Positions 1 through 13,338 of a DNA stretch of 64,000 bases are shown in pieces (position 1 is the first letter of the stretch; each line of letters opens with the position of its first letter). The translations under genes and the position numbers were made by a program. This DNA is from Antedon mediterranea (taxonomy: Eukaryota; Animalia; Echinodermata), in contig NC_092670.1 in NCBI RefSeq assembly GCF_964355755.1, forward strand, positions 18,958,795 through 19,022,794. The letters are read 5' to 3'. Under the pieces are notes generated by a model. It was given only the letters and a program-made list of their open reading frames with translations. It searched no databases and had not been told where the DNA came from.

Positions 1-3000
1 AGCTCTCATCTGGTTTAGAGTCGGTCTTGGAGCTTGTTGTTGTTGGAAAGGGTTACTGACAGGTGCAGCTGCAGCTGAAGGAGCGGTACCAAAGACAAAC
101 GGGTTGATTGGTTGGGACAGGCTCGACTGATCGGTTTTATTAGTGACTATTAACGAATCTAAATTCACCAGACTTGAGTTCTCTCCGAGGAAGTCCTCTG
201 GTTTTTTCTGAGGCTTTGCTTTCTGTTGGTTCATCATCTGAGGCTGTTGTGGAATGGCATCATTTAAAAGATGCATATCAAAGGCACCGACAGGTTGTGG
301 GTTTGAAGTAGTGTTTGATCGTAAGAGATCAAAATCCAGATCCGGATCACTCTGAGTTGGCGCATTACTGAATCCCCAATCTGGCTGGTTATTTGTAGCA
401 GGAGCGGGTACTGGTGTGCCCAAATCCCAGGGATCATTCTTGACTGGTACTGATACTGGTACTGGTTCAGCTGTCCAGGGGTCAATATTTTGGGTATTTG
501 GTTTAGCTGGTAATGGTGCTGGTGCAGCTACTGGTGGTGCTCCCCAGGGATCTGGCATTGGTGGTTTTGATGGTGCTGGTACTCCCCATGGATCTGCTGG
601 TGGTTGTTGGTTAACGGGGGCAGCAGTTGAGGCCCATGGGTCAGTCAATGCTGTTGCAGTTCCACTGGATGGCATTCCCCAAGGATCTGCCTTTGCTGGA
701 ACCGGTGTTGGTTCAGCTAGGTTCAGAAGTGTTGGTTGTGGTTTGTTCTAAGATGGACAAAAAAGAACATACTACATGTTACAAGCCAACATACTGGGAT
801 CATGTTTTATCCCGGGTCTGTATACTGCACTTCTGAAATGACACTCATTTCAGAAGAAGAACCACCATTAAAAACAGTTTCAGTTTTAATTATGTTTCCT
901 GTAATGACAGGAATAGCATAATATTTGTAAGTATTTATAAATTACAGTAGAATATTATTACACAGTATGGGTCTTAACAGTTCAATGACAAACTAAAAAT
1001 GTGAGAAAAACTTGTCTCAGAATTAAAAACAAATACAACTAATTTAAAGCCTAAAAAAATACATGTAAGCAATACAGTAAAATGTAAAACATACAGTAAG
1101 AATAACTTACTTCCATGCTTTCATTCAATGCTATCTGGAGCCTAATATCATCACTTCGGGTCTGTTTTGTTTGTTGTTCGGCCTCCTCTCGTGACATAGC
1201 AAGGGCTAGCTGTAACTGTAAGTCCTCTTCTCCTGCAGTGGTTGGACGGGCTTGCTCAATCTCTGAATTGGCCGGCCTAGAATGATCATTATGGTCTCCT
1301 CCTGTAAAAACCAGAAAAAGGTCAGATTACCCACTGGGAGCTTACTTAACTCTGGGTAAATTGTTTGCCCAAATGTTGGTATAATCTGTTTGCCACAAAT
1401 AAATTTCATAAAAAATTTCATAGTCTATCACTATCAGATCAAAAAAATGTGTCTGGAGTTGCATATAGCTCGCTTGAGGTTTAGGTTAGGGTGTGTACCT
1501 CTTGCATCACTATCAACAGGTACAAGTAAGCCTAATCAGCTCTGATAGCATACTCAATTATAGTACAATATTGATAAATGATGATTTCATAAAAATACAG
1601 ATCTTTGAAATGTGCACATTACTGTAAACTAAAGTGTCATTGTGACCTGGTTTTAGCCCTCTGGTATCTCAGCACCTCTCTCTATCTAATTTGAATCATT
1701 ACTAAATCTGTGCATACTTTATTCGTATTTATATCATAATTTGTCTACCGGTATCTCTACGTTCCTTCCTTGTTTTGGAACTTCATCAAAGGTATAAATG
1801 ATTGTGCTAATGATGACTTTTTAGAAATATTATAATTATTTAATGATAATTCATTCAAACAGTGTTAACGGCACGTTATTACCTGGTCAATGGAAGAATC
1901 TTAATTCTCTGGGGGAATCTTAAGCGACATGATATGGAATCTATGTATTTACTTAGACGCTAATTGCATTTGTAAATTGGCTTGGTGATGCATCTATGGC
2001 ATAAAATAGCACGTGTAAAATTGTATTATTGTACTGTACATATGACATAGCATTTGCTATATTTGTATACTCCAAGTATCTCAAAATTAATTCTGGTAAA
2101 AAACACCATATGAAAATACCTGGTTTTTTTTTAAAACCTCCATGCTATAAGGCTACTTCAAAAATCTTATTAAATCTTAAAATAATTCATTTGTAGGCCT
2201 AATAAAGTGAACTTATTTTCTTTTAAAACTGTATTTATTTGTAACAGCAGTTCTTAAATTCTGTGAAATATAAAGGTGCTGGGCTGTATGACAGATCAGA
2301 ACAAAACAACATTCTGGAACAACACCCCACAGACTTCTACAAGTCAACACTTGAGACAATGAAGAATCAACATAATGATGATACAGTGAATTGAAAAACT
2401 GCAATAGTAAGGTCAGTAATTACATGCATGGCTGCACAAAAGGATCAATATCGAGAATAGTAAATTAGCCTTTGATAATATCACAACCATCTTCTCGTTC
2501 CTGTGTGTTAATCAAATAGAATTGTTAAGACATACTGTAGAGTTTAAAAAAAGAAGAATGCTATATGATATACTGTTACTATCATTTGGGTTATCATCAT
2601 TTAAATGCATTTGAAATACTGACTAACAATTTGGACTTTGAGTTTTTTAAACATTTATTCTTAGAAATCATGAAGATAATGAATTTTAAATGGATTTGGC
2701 AAATAAATTTAAACCAAAACTCTACTACCAGCATTTTATTTAGTAAATTGATCTATTAAATCAAAAATAGGCTTGATATGTTTTTTAATTGGAATGGCCA
2801 GAAACAAACATTAGGGTAGTAAGACAGTGGTTAGTAACATTATTTTAGAATGTCATTATCACTATTAGTACTATGCTGTACACTATACTATTTTGTAAAT
2901 TGATCTATTAAATCAAAAATAGGCTTGATATGTTTTTTAATTGGAATGGCCAGAAACAAACATTAGGGTAGTAAGACAGTGGTTAGTAACATTATTTTAG

Positions 3001-4419
3001 AATGTCATTATCACTATTAGTACTATGCTGTACACTATACTATTTTGAGTAACTAAAGTGACTTTATTAATTAGTATACATGGAAGGGAACTCCCTGGAA
3101 GGTTCTGTGTGCAAATATGGACACAGATCTGTTTTAAAGCAAATAAGAGATAAAAATAGCTAACTTGACAGGGAGGTTAGGAAACTAAGTTTGTATACAC
3201 CTGTATCTGGACATAGTACCTGACTGAGGCTTGTAAGGAAGCTATACAACCCAGGCATCAATGCAACGTTAACAGGCTGAGTTTATACTAGGCTAACGAC
3301 ATTTAACAACAGAGAATTTCCAATAAGCTTACTGTAATAATCACATTCAAAGATGGCAATTGGTTGGACACTGTTGGACATTTCATACTCTGAACATTAA
3401 TTTAGATTGTTACTGTCAAACCTGGTCATAAATAACATTTAATGAGGATGTCATGGGAATATTGCATTACAACATGCAGGAAGCCTTCAGTAACAAAGCT
3501 CATGATCTTCTGTGTAGATTATCATTCATAAACATAACTGATATTACACTAAATAAAGCAGTCTACTTGGTAACATTTAGAATAATACAAAATATCTTTA
3601 CTTTAACTTTAAAAGTGAGTACTGTGCTGTCTATGATGATGACGTGTGTACTACTGTACTGTACTGTAAAAGACACCTTTAGGACCCAACAACAATTCTC
3701 TTTACTAGGGGTGTTGTGTTCTGAATAGGGATTGGCAATAGTGTTAAAACATATTCTACCTCGGTCATTGTGAGGAAAAAAGTGTCCCCTTAATAAATAG
3801 GATGTCCTCTGAATAGTGGTGTCCCAACTGTAACTGTATTAAATATTTATTCCCTAGACAACTTAATAAACTAACCTCCGTTTGAAGTTGGTGATGAGCT
3901 TGAACTTGATTCAGTCCCCGTCATATTTGGCTTTGTGTCGCTACCAATTCCTTGTGATGATTGCGCAAATCTCTCTTTTGCCTTCAGAGCACGCGTTCTT
4001 TCAGATTTTAACCGCTCGTCATCCTTCAGTAGTGATACTAGATTCTTTGATTTCTCTCGTACATTCACTCCTTGATCTTTTCCATCTCGATCCAAAAACT
4101 GAAAATCTTTTAATGTGTTGATTGCGAAGATGTTCTCCTTGCACTGTTGTGCGACCCGCTCGGACCCTGTCTTAATTATATATTCTAGCACCACTAAGGA
4201 TTTATAAACGTGTCGCCAGTTTTTACCGTGGTCACTCAACCGTTTCCATAATAAGGTCATTATTTCTGTGAAGGCCACAACATTGTAAGTCAAATCCGCA
4301 ATCTCGGACATGATAGAACTTGATGGGCCCCATGGATCGTTCGACGTGGCTTCTCGAACTTTGACCTGAGCAGGTGAATAGTTTTTAGCCACATTTTTCA
4401 ATGATCTCATAGCTGACAT
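1..4419 (-). CDS. EPN: Epsin (ENTH domain, 2 UIMs, DPW and NPF motifs); spliced, 3' end outside window. Coding exons ~3876-4419, ~1111-1302, <1-747; probable non-coding first exon ~5792-5850
   Basis: ORF 3871-4419 gives the ENTH domain (KVREATSNDPWGPSS...KNWRHVYKSL). The next exon reads EEDLQLQLALAMSREEAE...DDIRLQIALNES (UIMs), followed by repeated DPW and NPF motifs. GT-AG boundaries keep frame. Confidence 0.95.
2743..3046. repeat. 152-bp tandem duplication (2743-2894, 2895-3046) in epsin intron
   Basis: Two apparently identical units GTAAATTGATCTATTAAATC...CACTATACTATTTT. Confidence 0.95.
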
Positions 4420-5080
4420 GATGACAGGATTTTCTTGTTTGGGAATGCCTTTATAAAAGTAGATATCTTGCGTTTTTCAAACCTGTAAGTAGATGTAGGC
4501 TAAATAAAGTTAGTGTGTTAACTGTTAAATACAATAAGTGAGCCAAGAATGATGAAAAACTAGGAAGGATATTGTACAGTTAGTATTGCAGTTGAGATAT
4601 GAAACAGCAATTTTCAAATCCTGTTCCTTTCCTTAGAAAACCCCTTTAGCCTTTTGAACATTAAATTGTACCAATGTTTTAATTTTATTTATGAATTACT
4701 CCTTGAGGCATCCTTATAGCAATAAGAAAAAAATACTTTTGAGGGAAATCTTTTTGACACTCTAAAATAAATCATTTTTCTTCACGGCATAGTAATTAAA
4801 TCTTAACATTCTTTCTTTTAGTGCAATAGTTATACAGTATAGTACATTTCGAGAAAAACAAATGTGCCTTGTTCAGGATATGAAATTGTGATTCACTCAT
4901 GTATTGGGCCTTGCCCGTGTGGGCACGGTGGACTGTGTCCATTCATTGTAGCCAGTACCTGTTATATATAAACACATTAGGCAATGAACATTAATTCGAA
5001 ACCGCCCGGTGATATACTGAAATTTAATTAATTAATTTGAAACGATAAAGATGAGGAAATCTGTGAGAATTAGAAAAAGT

Positions 5081-5152
5081 CGCCCCAACCGAGACTCGAA
5101 CTCGGACCGCCTGCTTGATATGCAGATGTCCTAACCATTAGACCACTGGGGC
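5081..5152 (-). tRNA. tRNA-like gene or pseudogene with ATC anticodon (Asp-type), 72 nt
   Basis: GCCCCAG-TG-GTCT-AATGGTTA-GGAC-A-TCTGC-ATATCAA-GCAGG-CGGT-CCGAG-TTCGAGT-CTCGG-TTGGGGC-G folds into a complete cloverleaf with A and B boxes; TTTTT lies 2 nt downstream. Confidence 0.65.
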
Positions 5153-8100
5153 TTTCATGGTATTGTTCGAACTCATGACTCATGAGTGTGTTTATACAAT
5201 ACGTATATAAAAAAAAACCATCAAATGTTCGGATCTAGTAACATTTAAATTGACGTATTTATGAATAAAATAATTTTAAGAAAAAGAACAAACACATGAT
5301 ATTTTGCATTATGATTAATGATTGATGATGATTAAATCATGGAGGTATAAAAATGGATATCAAATTCATGAATTATTAATTTGTCATGAAATTATTATAT
5401 ATTTAGCCTACACACTGACTGAGTGTATTTTTCTATTTACGATTGAAAATGTCAACATAAGCACATTAGTTTAATAATTTATCTGTCCTTTATCATAAAT
5501 AATTATATTTCAGATTATTATCATTTAGTTACATAAGCCACTCAAAACTTAAAAAATAGGTAGCCTTCTCTCGTGTCAATCCTAGGCCTGGTTTTGTAAT
5601 CGCCTTTCCATGCAAGGTTCTGAATTTCATCATACGACGCCTCCCTCGTCGATTAGCTCCCGCGACATTTTCGTAGACACTAGCTCGGTCAGAATTGGAC
5701 CTAAACTTGCCTTTTACGGCTACATTTATTTATAATAATGCTTCAGAATAGCATGTGTGAATATTTTATTATGAAGGATCATTTTAAATACCTTAGAATT
5801 CTCGTTAGTCGTGCGGATACACCGGCATTGAGCCGCCACTTCAGCCCTCAAAAACCGGAACTTTGTTACGTTTCCTGTATTTATGATCCCACTATGCTCT
5901 CGGTGTGGTGCTTAAACAATAGAAAACGACCTTATATACCGCCCTCTAGTTACTATTGTTGAAATAGCAAAATTTATTTCTGGATTTATAAAATTATGTA
6001 ACAAGCGATACCACAAAAACAATTATTTTATTATAATTCTATTATAAAATATTGTTAGTAATATTGAATCTGAAATATTGTCTCATTTATTTTAAGTTAT
6101 TTGTTATATTGTTTTTTGTATTATTTATAGAATTGAATTACTGCCAAATGTATAAAAATTACGATGAATGAATCAATTCTGATATGACGATAGTAAATAA
6201 AATAAACTTTACTAAACTTTATGTACTGAACATATTTTATTTTACAGAATCACTGATGAAATTACAACAACTTTACTAATGAAATTACCACAATTTTACT
6301 GTATGACATTTTATACTCATAAGCAATTTTGGTCACAAGTTATTTAGGTACTTTTGACACCAAACCAATACAATCAAGTACTGTAATACCATGATTACAA
6401 TTACTGTTGTGATAGTGTCCGCAACAACCCCAATTTTAGAAAGTGACAGCTGATTTTATTAATTATGCTGTGCACTCTTTTCTGTGTAGTCTTTGGTTCA
6501 GGTTGCGGTGACCATTAGGAATACTGTAACAATAAAATGATTCACATCAAAGTAATTTCACATTACACATTAGAGCTACAACTACAGTAAAAATATTTTG
6601 GATAGGTTGTTCCACAAAGGAATAAAAATATAAAAGCATCAACAAACATTTATGAAAAGGATAAAGATACAAAAATATAATATTGCTTATTACATTTTTC
6701 TACTGCTAAACACAAACACTAAAACCAAATATCCTTCTTCGTGTTGCCATTGCCATTTGCAAAATTGGTTATTGCAGAGGATACATCAAACAGCATTTTT
6801 CCCGTTTTTCAAATTGGTCGTTTCTCTCTCCGTTTTCTAAATCAATTTTTTTCTTAGCAGTAGAAAATATTCCCTTAAGAATGAACAATATACAATGGGT
6901 GAACTGTCTTAACAATAAAAGAAATTATTTTATGTAAAATAATGATAAATGAACCACAAATCGACAACTAATGACTTTGTAGACTGATGCATACAATTAC
7001 TTACTGTAAATAAAATCATTAAAAACTACATCCCCAAATAAAACAAAACCAAACGTTTACAAACTAAATCTGAGCCATCACCAACTAATTTTAATAAATA
7101 TACAGTATATAAATAATGTATCAAGCCTTTTTAACAATTATACCAGTATACAAAAGCATTTTGTTAAAATGTTTCTGGTTGATATAGATTGTTAAAAAAA
7201 ACTTTCAATTATCCAGACAATTAATATTCAAATATAAACCTTTCATGATTTAGTCATGATAGATAGATAATAATACAATAGACTTGTTGATCAATGACAT
7301 GAAACTTTAACCTCATTGTAGAATGCAATAATGTGCTCAACATCATAAAACATGTGACATGATGGGTAAGGTTAAAGTTCATGTTTAACTCGTTGATCAA
7401 GAAGTCCCAATGTTAGTTATCTTTAGATGTAAAATAAAATTTTAGCATTTATAACCACCTCTATAAAATGAGAACAGATTTTATGATACATAAGTGCCTA
7501 TATGAAAATTCACCATAAATTTCATTCATATTATAATGATTGTATATTGACTAAAAAACAATTGCTTTACAATAGTAAGAATATGTTTACACATTATTAT
7601 TCAAACATAGTTCTGTATATTATTATTATTAAACATTGTTTAATTATTACGGTACTGAGTATATTATAATATGCAAAATTATAAATTGAAATTAAAATAT
7701 TTCTGTTTATATAGAAATTTAATGCTTAATCATTAATGTCCATGAAAAATCTAATTATTTTTAGTTATGTAAGCATTGTTCTCCTGAAAGCAGGCTTTGC
7801 CAGCAAGATTCACTAGAAAAATGGCTCAGTTATTAAAATAGGTGCAAGAAAATTATATAAAAAATGGGTCTAGTACTAGTAGTGGTAGGTTCAAGCCTAG
7901 CCATTAAAAAAACATTGAAAGTCCAATCGAGGCAATATTTTGTAAATTGGATTGATAACGTACAATAAATGAATGACAATGGTATGTCATATATTTGGTA
8001 TTTTGATTTGATAAATCGGATATAACCCAGAATTTGGTATTTGATAAATCGGATATCACCTAGTATTCAGTACTTGGCTTAATTATCCAGAATTGAGTTA

Positions 8101-8338
8101 TATTTTGGGAGACCACAGATAAAAGGTACATACAGAGAAGACATATTTCATTTCTTTGTAAGTACACTATAATAAAAATTTAAATAGCAAGGTTGTACAT
8201 TTATTAGAAAAAGAAAATGAGTGATTTAAAAATGAATATTTGAATAACATTGGAAGTTAATTCAAGCATAACATTTAAAAATGTCACTCTAGAGAAATCT
8301 TTACATCTTTGTTGAAAGTAGGTCCATGATGTTTGTTC

Positions 8339-10262
8339 TTACATCCGATTGTAGTGAGATATTTGGTACTGACACACTGGGCAAGTGTGAGTACAGTCAT
8401 GACACCCATCAATGCAGAATGGGATCAGGCAACATCCCATCCATCCCCTGCAATAAAAAAAAAAGATTTAAAATGTATAATATACGAGATTTGTATAGCG
8501 CCAACAAACATGGATCATTGCTCATGGTGCTGTGGACTCAGATGTTACACTTTTGAACTACATGCTTCTCCCCTAAGGGTCACGTCATGTCAGTGCAGCA
8601 ACTTGAAGGCACTCTCATCTGTCCACGACATAGTGGCTGTGTGTGAATTAGTACATTGAGGGAACCCCCCTACTCGTCTCGAAAGATTTACTAGGTTCTT
8701 TAAAGTGCACATGAGCTAGATGTGTACACTGGACCTACAGTTTATAGTCCTTATCCGTTCAACCACCAGAACCATGGAGCGAGTGAGCCTTGAAACCTTG
8801 CCGATTACGGTTCCACTGTCTTAACTGCCAATTCAATTTCTTTCAGAATCAAATTACTGTAACTGAAATACTGTATACTTCTAATCTTACTGTTATTAAT
8901 ACTTATAACCAACATTTAATACTTTATGAGAAAGTTTTTTCAGTATACACATTTTCAGATATCTAAACAAAACACTGTAGTTTGTTGATAAGAGATGTTT
9001 TTGGTATGAAAAAATACAACTTGAAAATGTAATCAGCATCTTGATTTAGAGGGTATGAATTTATACTTGTGCAGGCTTGTAACTGCGTTAGTACAACAAA
9101 ATCTTTACTCACCCAAAAAAGGCGATGATCAGACAGAGGAGCCAGGCAAACATGCCTGGTTCTTTTCTGACTACAGTTGTCACATTGTTACGGCAATTAG
9201 GACATGTAGTCTGCACTGGAAATTCTCTAAACACCTGGTGGACCACTGTTGTCACTGTGGTACTTGGTTGACCAACAACCACTGTGGTTTGTGGCTGCTG
9301 GTAAGGTTGTGGGTATCCTCCGGGGGCTTGTTGTGGATACCCTGCAGGGGCTTGTTGTGGGTAGCCTGCAGGGGGTGGCTGTGCATAACCTGCAGGGGGT
9401 GGCTGTGCATAACCTGCAGGGGGCGGTGTAGCTTGGTAACCAGCCGGTGGTGGTCCCTGTGGTGGATATCCAGGATTTGAAGGAGGATAAGCTGGGTCTG
9501 AAAAATAAAATAAATTTATTCCAATAATAAAAAATAATAATATTAACACATACACTACACTCATCAATTGAAAATCATTAAAACAGTCATTTCATCAATT
9601 TCAGACTAAAATGATTAATAATTGCAGATTACCTTAGCACATTAACAATACTATGTAATACATACAGCGAGTCATATGGCCGAGCGGTTAAGGCAGGGGC
9701 GCCGTTTACCGTACCTAAAGAGCCAATAACAACATCGGCAAGGGTTCGAGGCCGACTCGCTCCTAGTTCTGGTGGTGGAACAAGTCTTCTCGGATAAGGA
9801 CTATAAACCGTAGGTCCAGTGTACACAGTTATAACCTGTGTGTACTTTAAAGAACCCAGTTCATTATTCGAAAAAGAGTAGGGGGTAACCCTGGTGAACT
9901 GGTTCACACAATAGCCCCTGTATCAGGGGGATTACCACCTATCTGATAGGACAGTGATTAATTCACTATTGGTAATCCTTGGCCACATTGCCTAAAGACA
10001 TAAAATAAAATAAATAAAATAAACATAAAATATGTATAAATTCTCAATGAAATTAAATTTGTTTACTCCTTTTTTGTTATGTGTTCTCTTTGTTTATGAA
10101 ATGAACAAAGAGAAATTGAATGTACTGTATTTAATTCATGTTGCTTTGTAATCAGAAGTATTACGGCAGTACAGTTGGAAGCACTGTAATGTTACCTCCT
10201 TTTGACTCCATTCCTGGTTGACCAACTGCCTGACTATATGGTGGTGGGTGTGGTTCTGACAT
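8339..10262 (-). CDS. LITAF: LITAF/CDIP1-family protein; exons 10196-10262, 9113-9497, 8339-8447; non-coding first exon near 12990-13070
   Basis: N-terminal PPPY, a Pro/Gln/Tyr-rich region, then PVQTTCPNC, a hydrophobic stretch and GCCLIPFC...HTCPVC (LITAF zinc domain); canonical splice sites. Confidence 0.9.
8480..8830 (-). mobile_element. tRNA-derived SINE with Nin/Deu-type central domain and L2-like tail (5'-truncated)
   Basis: Minus strand has GGATAAGGACTATAAACTGTAGGTCCAGTGTACAC...TAAAGAACC, shared with the copies at 9668 and 24810; tail GGCGCTATACAAAT. Confidence 0.75.
9668..10025 (+). mobile_element. tRNA-derived SINE with Nin/Deu-type central domain
   Basis: A box TGGCCGAGCGG, B box GGTTCGAGGCC, core CTCGGATAAGGACTATAAACCGTAGGTCC...TAAAGAACCC...TTCGAAAAAGAGTAGGGG, (A)n/TAAAA tail. 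Confidence 0.8.
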
Positions 10263-10464
10263 TTTCAAACTAGGCCTTGATTGATATCTGAAAACAAACG
10301 AAAAATATACTGCATTAAAAACAAATGAAAAATATACTGCATTAAAAACAAATGAAAAATATACTGCATTAAAATACTAATGTATTATGTTCATCTATAA
10401 CATCCTATTTCCTACTGTTTGATTGTCTTTGAATACTGTATGTACACTCATGGTGTCTTTAAAA

Positions 10465-11740
10465 TAAAGATAAAGCAACTGCTGCTATCTTCATTGATTT
10501 AAAAAAGGCATTTGACACTGTTGATTACAAACTCCTTATATCTAAACTTATTGATTGTGGAATTAAGTCATCTGCTCTGAACTGGTTCATCTCGTTAGTG
10601 AGACTGAGAGATCTCCAGTTGTTAAAATCAACTCAACACAATCTACTCATATGGAAGTGAACATCGGTGTGCCCCAAGGTTCTATACTAAGACCTTTATT
10701 GTTTATTATTGTTTTTATGTATGCAGACGACACTACAATCTTATGTAACTCATCTGATCCCACTACTCTACTTCAAAATGAATTAAATTTAAATTTAAAC
10801 AAAATTGCTAAATGGTTTAAGAAAAATAGACCTACATTGAATATCAAGAAGACTAAATTTATGATCTTTAAAACAAACCACCCAAAATTTCAAATATTTT
10901 TCCTAGCCTACAGTATAATGGAACTCGTATTGACAGAGTTGATTCATTTAAATATCTTGTTTGATTCTAAATTAACATGGTCAGAGCATGTTGACAATTT
11001 GACATGTAAAATCTCTAAACGAATTGGTGTTATCTGACGTGTAAAGTACTACATACCAGGAAATACTCTAAAAAATGTTAGCTAATACTTTTTAACTACT
11101 GTGACTGTGTTTGGTCAAATTGTAATGCAAAACTCTCTCCAAACTGTTAAACAGACTTGGAAGAATTTTACTTTCCGCAGATATTAAAACACCAGTTACA
11201 GATATTAAAACACCAGTTACAGATATTAAAACACCAGTTACAGATATTAAAACACCAGTTACAGATATTAAAACACCAGTTACAGATATTAAAACACCAG
11301 TTACAGATATTAAAACACCAGTTACAGATATTAAAACACCAGTTACAGATATTAAAACACCAGTTACAGATATTAAAACACCAGTTACAGATATTAAAAC
11401 ACCAGTTACAGATATTAAAACACCAGTTACAGATATTAAAACACCAGTTACAGATATTAAAACACCAGTTACAGATATTAAAACACCAGTTACAGATATT
11501 AAAACACCAGTTACTGATATTAAAACACCAGTTACAGATATTAAAACACCAGTTACAGATATTAAAACACCAGTTACAGATATTAAAACACCAGTTACAG
11601 ATATTTTAAGTTCTTTGGGGTGGTGTAAACTTAGTGATAAGTGAGAAGAACAATTACTTATAATGTTATTCAAGTGTCTAAATTATCATGCTCCATGCTA
11701 CTTATCAAAAAATGTATTTGTAATGATTGCCTGCACTCAT
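10465..11740 (+). mobile_element. Decayed non-LTR retrotransposon ORF2 fragment (CR1/L2 group)
   Basis: FIDLKKAFDTVD, GVPQGSIL, MYADDT, LNIKKTK and LFDSKLTWSEH motifs with frameshifts and stops. Confidence 0.9.
11178..11605. repeat. 21-bp minisatellite (CAGATATTAAAACACCAGTTA) x ~20, expanded inside the LINE fragment
   Basis: Near-perfect tandem units, one variant unit near 11515. Confidence 0.97.
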
Positions 11741-12104
11741 ATTGTACATGTAGTCAGAATAATAATATACTGTAATATATATCTTTAGGGTCTTAAGTGT
11801 CATTCAGTATAAAGACAGAATAAATAAATAAATAAACTATTCCCAATTATTGTTTATACTTATTTGACAGCTTATTCAAGGGATGAAATAGAATAGGTAG
11901 CATTTTGAAAGTTAAAATAAATACAGTTAACTCGTTTGAACTTGTCATTTCTAACTGAAAGAAACAATCTTATTGAAGAGTCGTTTTTTAAGTTTAAACA
12001 CAGTTTAAAGCAACATTTTATAGATTTTTAACTTTTCATATTTTTATTAACCTTTTTTTTTTTAGATTGTACCTACCGTACTATGAATTTTTAACTTTTT
12101 AACT

Positions 12105-12240
12105 TTTATACAATCAGAATTTTTAACTTCTATACAATCAGAATTTTAAACTGTTATACAATCAGAATTTTAAACTTTTATACAATCAGAATTTTAACTT
12201 TTATACAATCAGAATGTTTAACTGTTATACAATCAGAATG
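12105..12240. repeat. ~22-bp tandem repeat (TTATACAATCAGAATTTTAACT) x ~6
   Basis: Direct reading. Confidence 0.9.
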
Positions 12241-12341
12241 TTCAGATAGTAATTGCATTTTTATAACACTTTGTTAACATTTTATTATAGCATATTTTTC
12301 TATGTATTTTTCTAAATTTGTTAAATGTCGGTTTTATTGTA

Positions 12342-12527
12342 CAGTCAACTCTCCCAATACCGGACTCTCTGAAAACCAGAAACTCTCCCAATACCAGACT
12401 TTTTTTGAGAACCAAAAGGTCCCAAATTTATATTTACCATTAAAAACACATTCTGAATACCAGACTTTCCGGAAAACCAGACTTATTTGGCCGGCCCAAC
12501 GGTGTCCGGTATTAAGAGAGTTGACTG
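12342..12527. mobile_element. Tc1/mariner-pogo-type MITE, TA target; second copy at 30001-30188
   Basis: TA|CAGTCAACTCTCCCAATACCGGAC...GTCCGGTATTAAGAGAGTTGACTG|TA. Confidence 0.85.
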
Positions 12528-13064
12528 TATCGTCCTAGTTGACAGGAGCTGGTCAGTTTTATTTTATTACTTTTGCTTTTCGGCTACTCCCCTGTTATAC
12601 TTTTGATGATAGCGGTCGCGTTTGAAATTGGTCACGTTTTATTGCGATCGCGCTATTTTGTATGGAACGTGATGCATGCAAGCGGGTAATACATATGCCT
12701 AATGCCTAATCTAGTACTGTAGTAGAGCTAGGCATCATCTAGCCTAGCTAGTTGTTAGAGGAGGCACACCAGACTAGCTAACTAGGCCCCTAGCCTTCTA
12801 GCTAGGGCTAGAGGGCCAGCCTACACACTCACTACACTACCACTACACTACACGTACCTCTCCCCTAAACTAGGCCTAGTAATAAGATAGAATTAGAGTG
12901 TTAAAAAGCAATAATACCACACAGTAATGTGGCATAAAAAATCATAAAACTCTACTTCAAATAAAGTACATGTTTAATAACTAAACTACTCACAGTTGCT
13001 GAAATTATTTAATCAATAAAAATATTTTATTTCTGTGGTTGACACACACTCGACTCTCACACTA

Positions 13065-13300
13065 AGAATCCAATCCAATGTTTTTTTTAAGCAATGACGT
13101 CATTCTTAGGAACACCGCCACCAATGACGTAGGCGATTGAATTGCGGGTGCGTTTATTGGACGTCGTCGAATGACGTCACGAATAGTTTTGAAAGCCACT
13201 TTCATAACAAATTTCAGCCATCGAAACGGACGAGGGAGCTATACTAGTAGAGAGTAGTAGCTAGCTCGGCGTACGTCGTACTACCGGCGCCATATTCAAA
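13065..13300. promoter_or_regulatory. Bidirectional LITAF/BIRC5 promoter with CRE, CCAAT and CHR-like motifs
   Basis: TGACGTCA at 13095 and 13172; CCAAT/ATTGG at 13070, 13075, 13121 and 13156; TTTGAA at 13188; locally CpG-rich. Confidence 0.65.
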
Positions 13301-13338
13301 AAAGATTCACGTTAGCCTACGAACGGGACGAGCGAAAA

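Noticed and set aside
416-751. Gly/Ala-rich plus-strand ORF (also 9055-9480 and 19459-19740)
   Set aside because: Antisense shadows of epsin, LITAF and CCDC96 exons.
3660-3835. Degenerate Tc1/pogo-like MITE
   Set aside because: One end (ACTGTA) and GTGTCC sub-repeats are visible, but the matching terminus could not be fixed.
10290-10373. 27-bp triplication next to a LITAF splice acceptor
   Set aside because: Real but trivial; the proximal AG remains intact and there is no evidence of an effect.
11092-11673. ORFs (QILKHQL)n and (ISVTGVL)n
   Set aside because: Stop-free frames of a 21-bp minisatellite.
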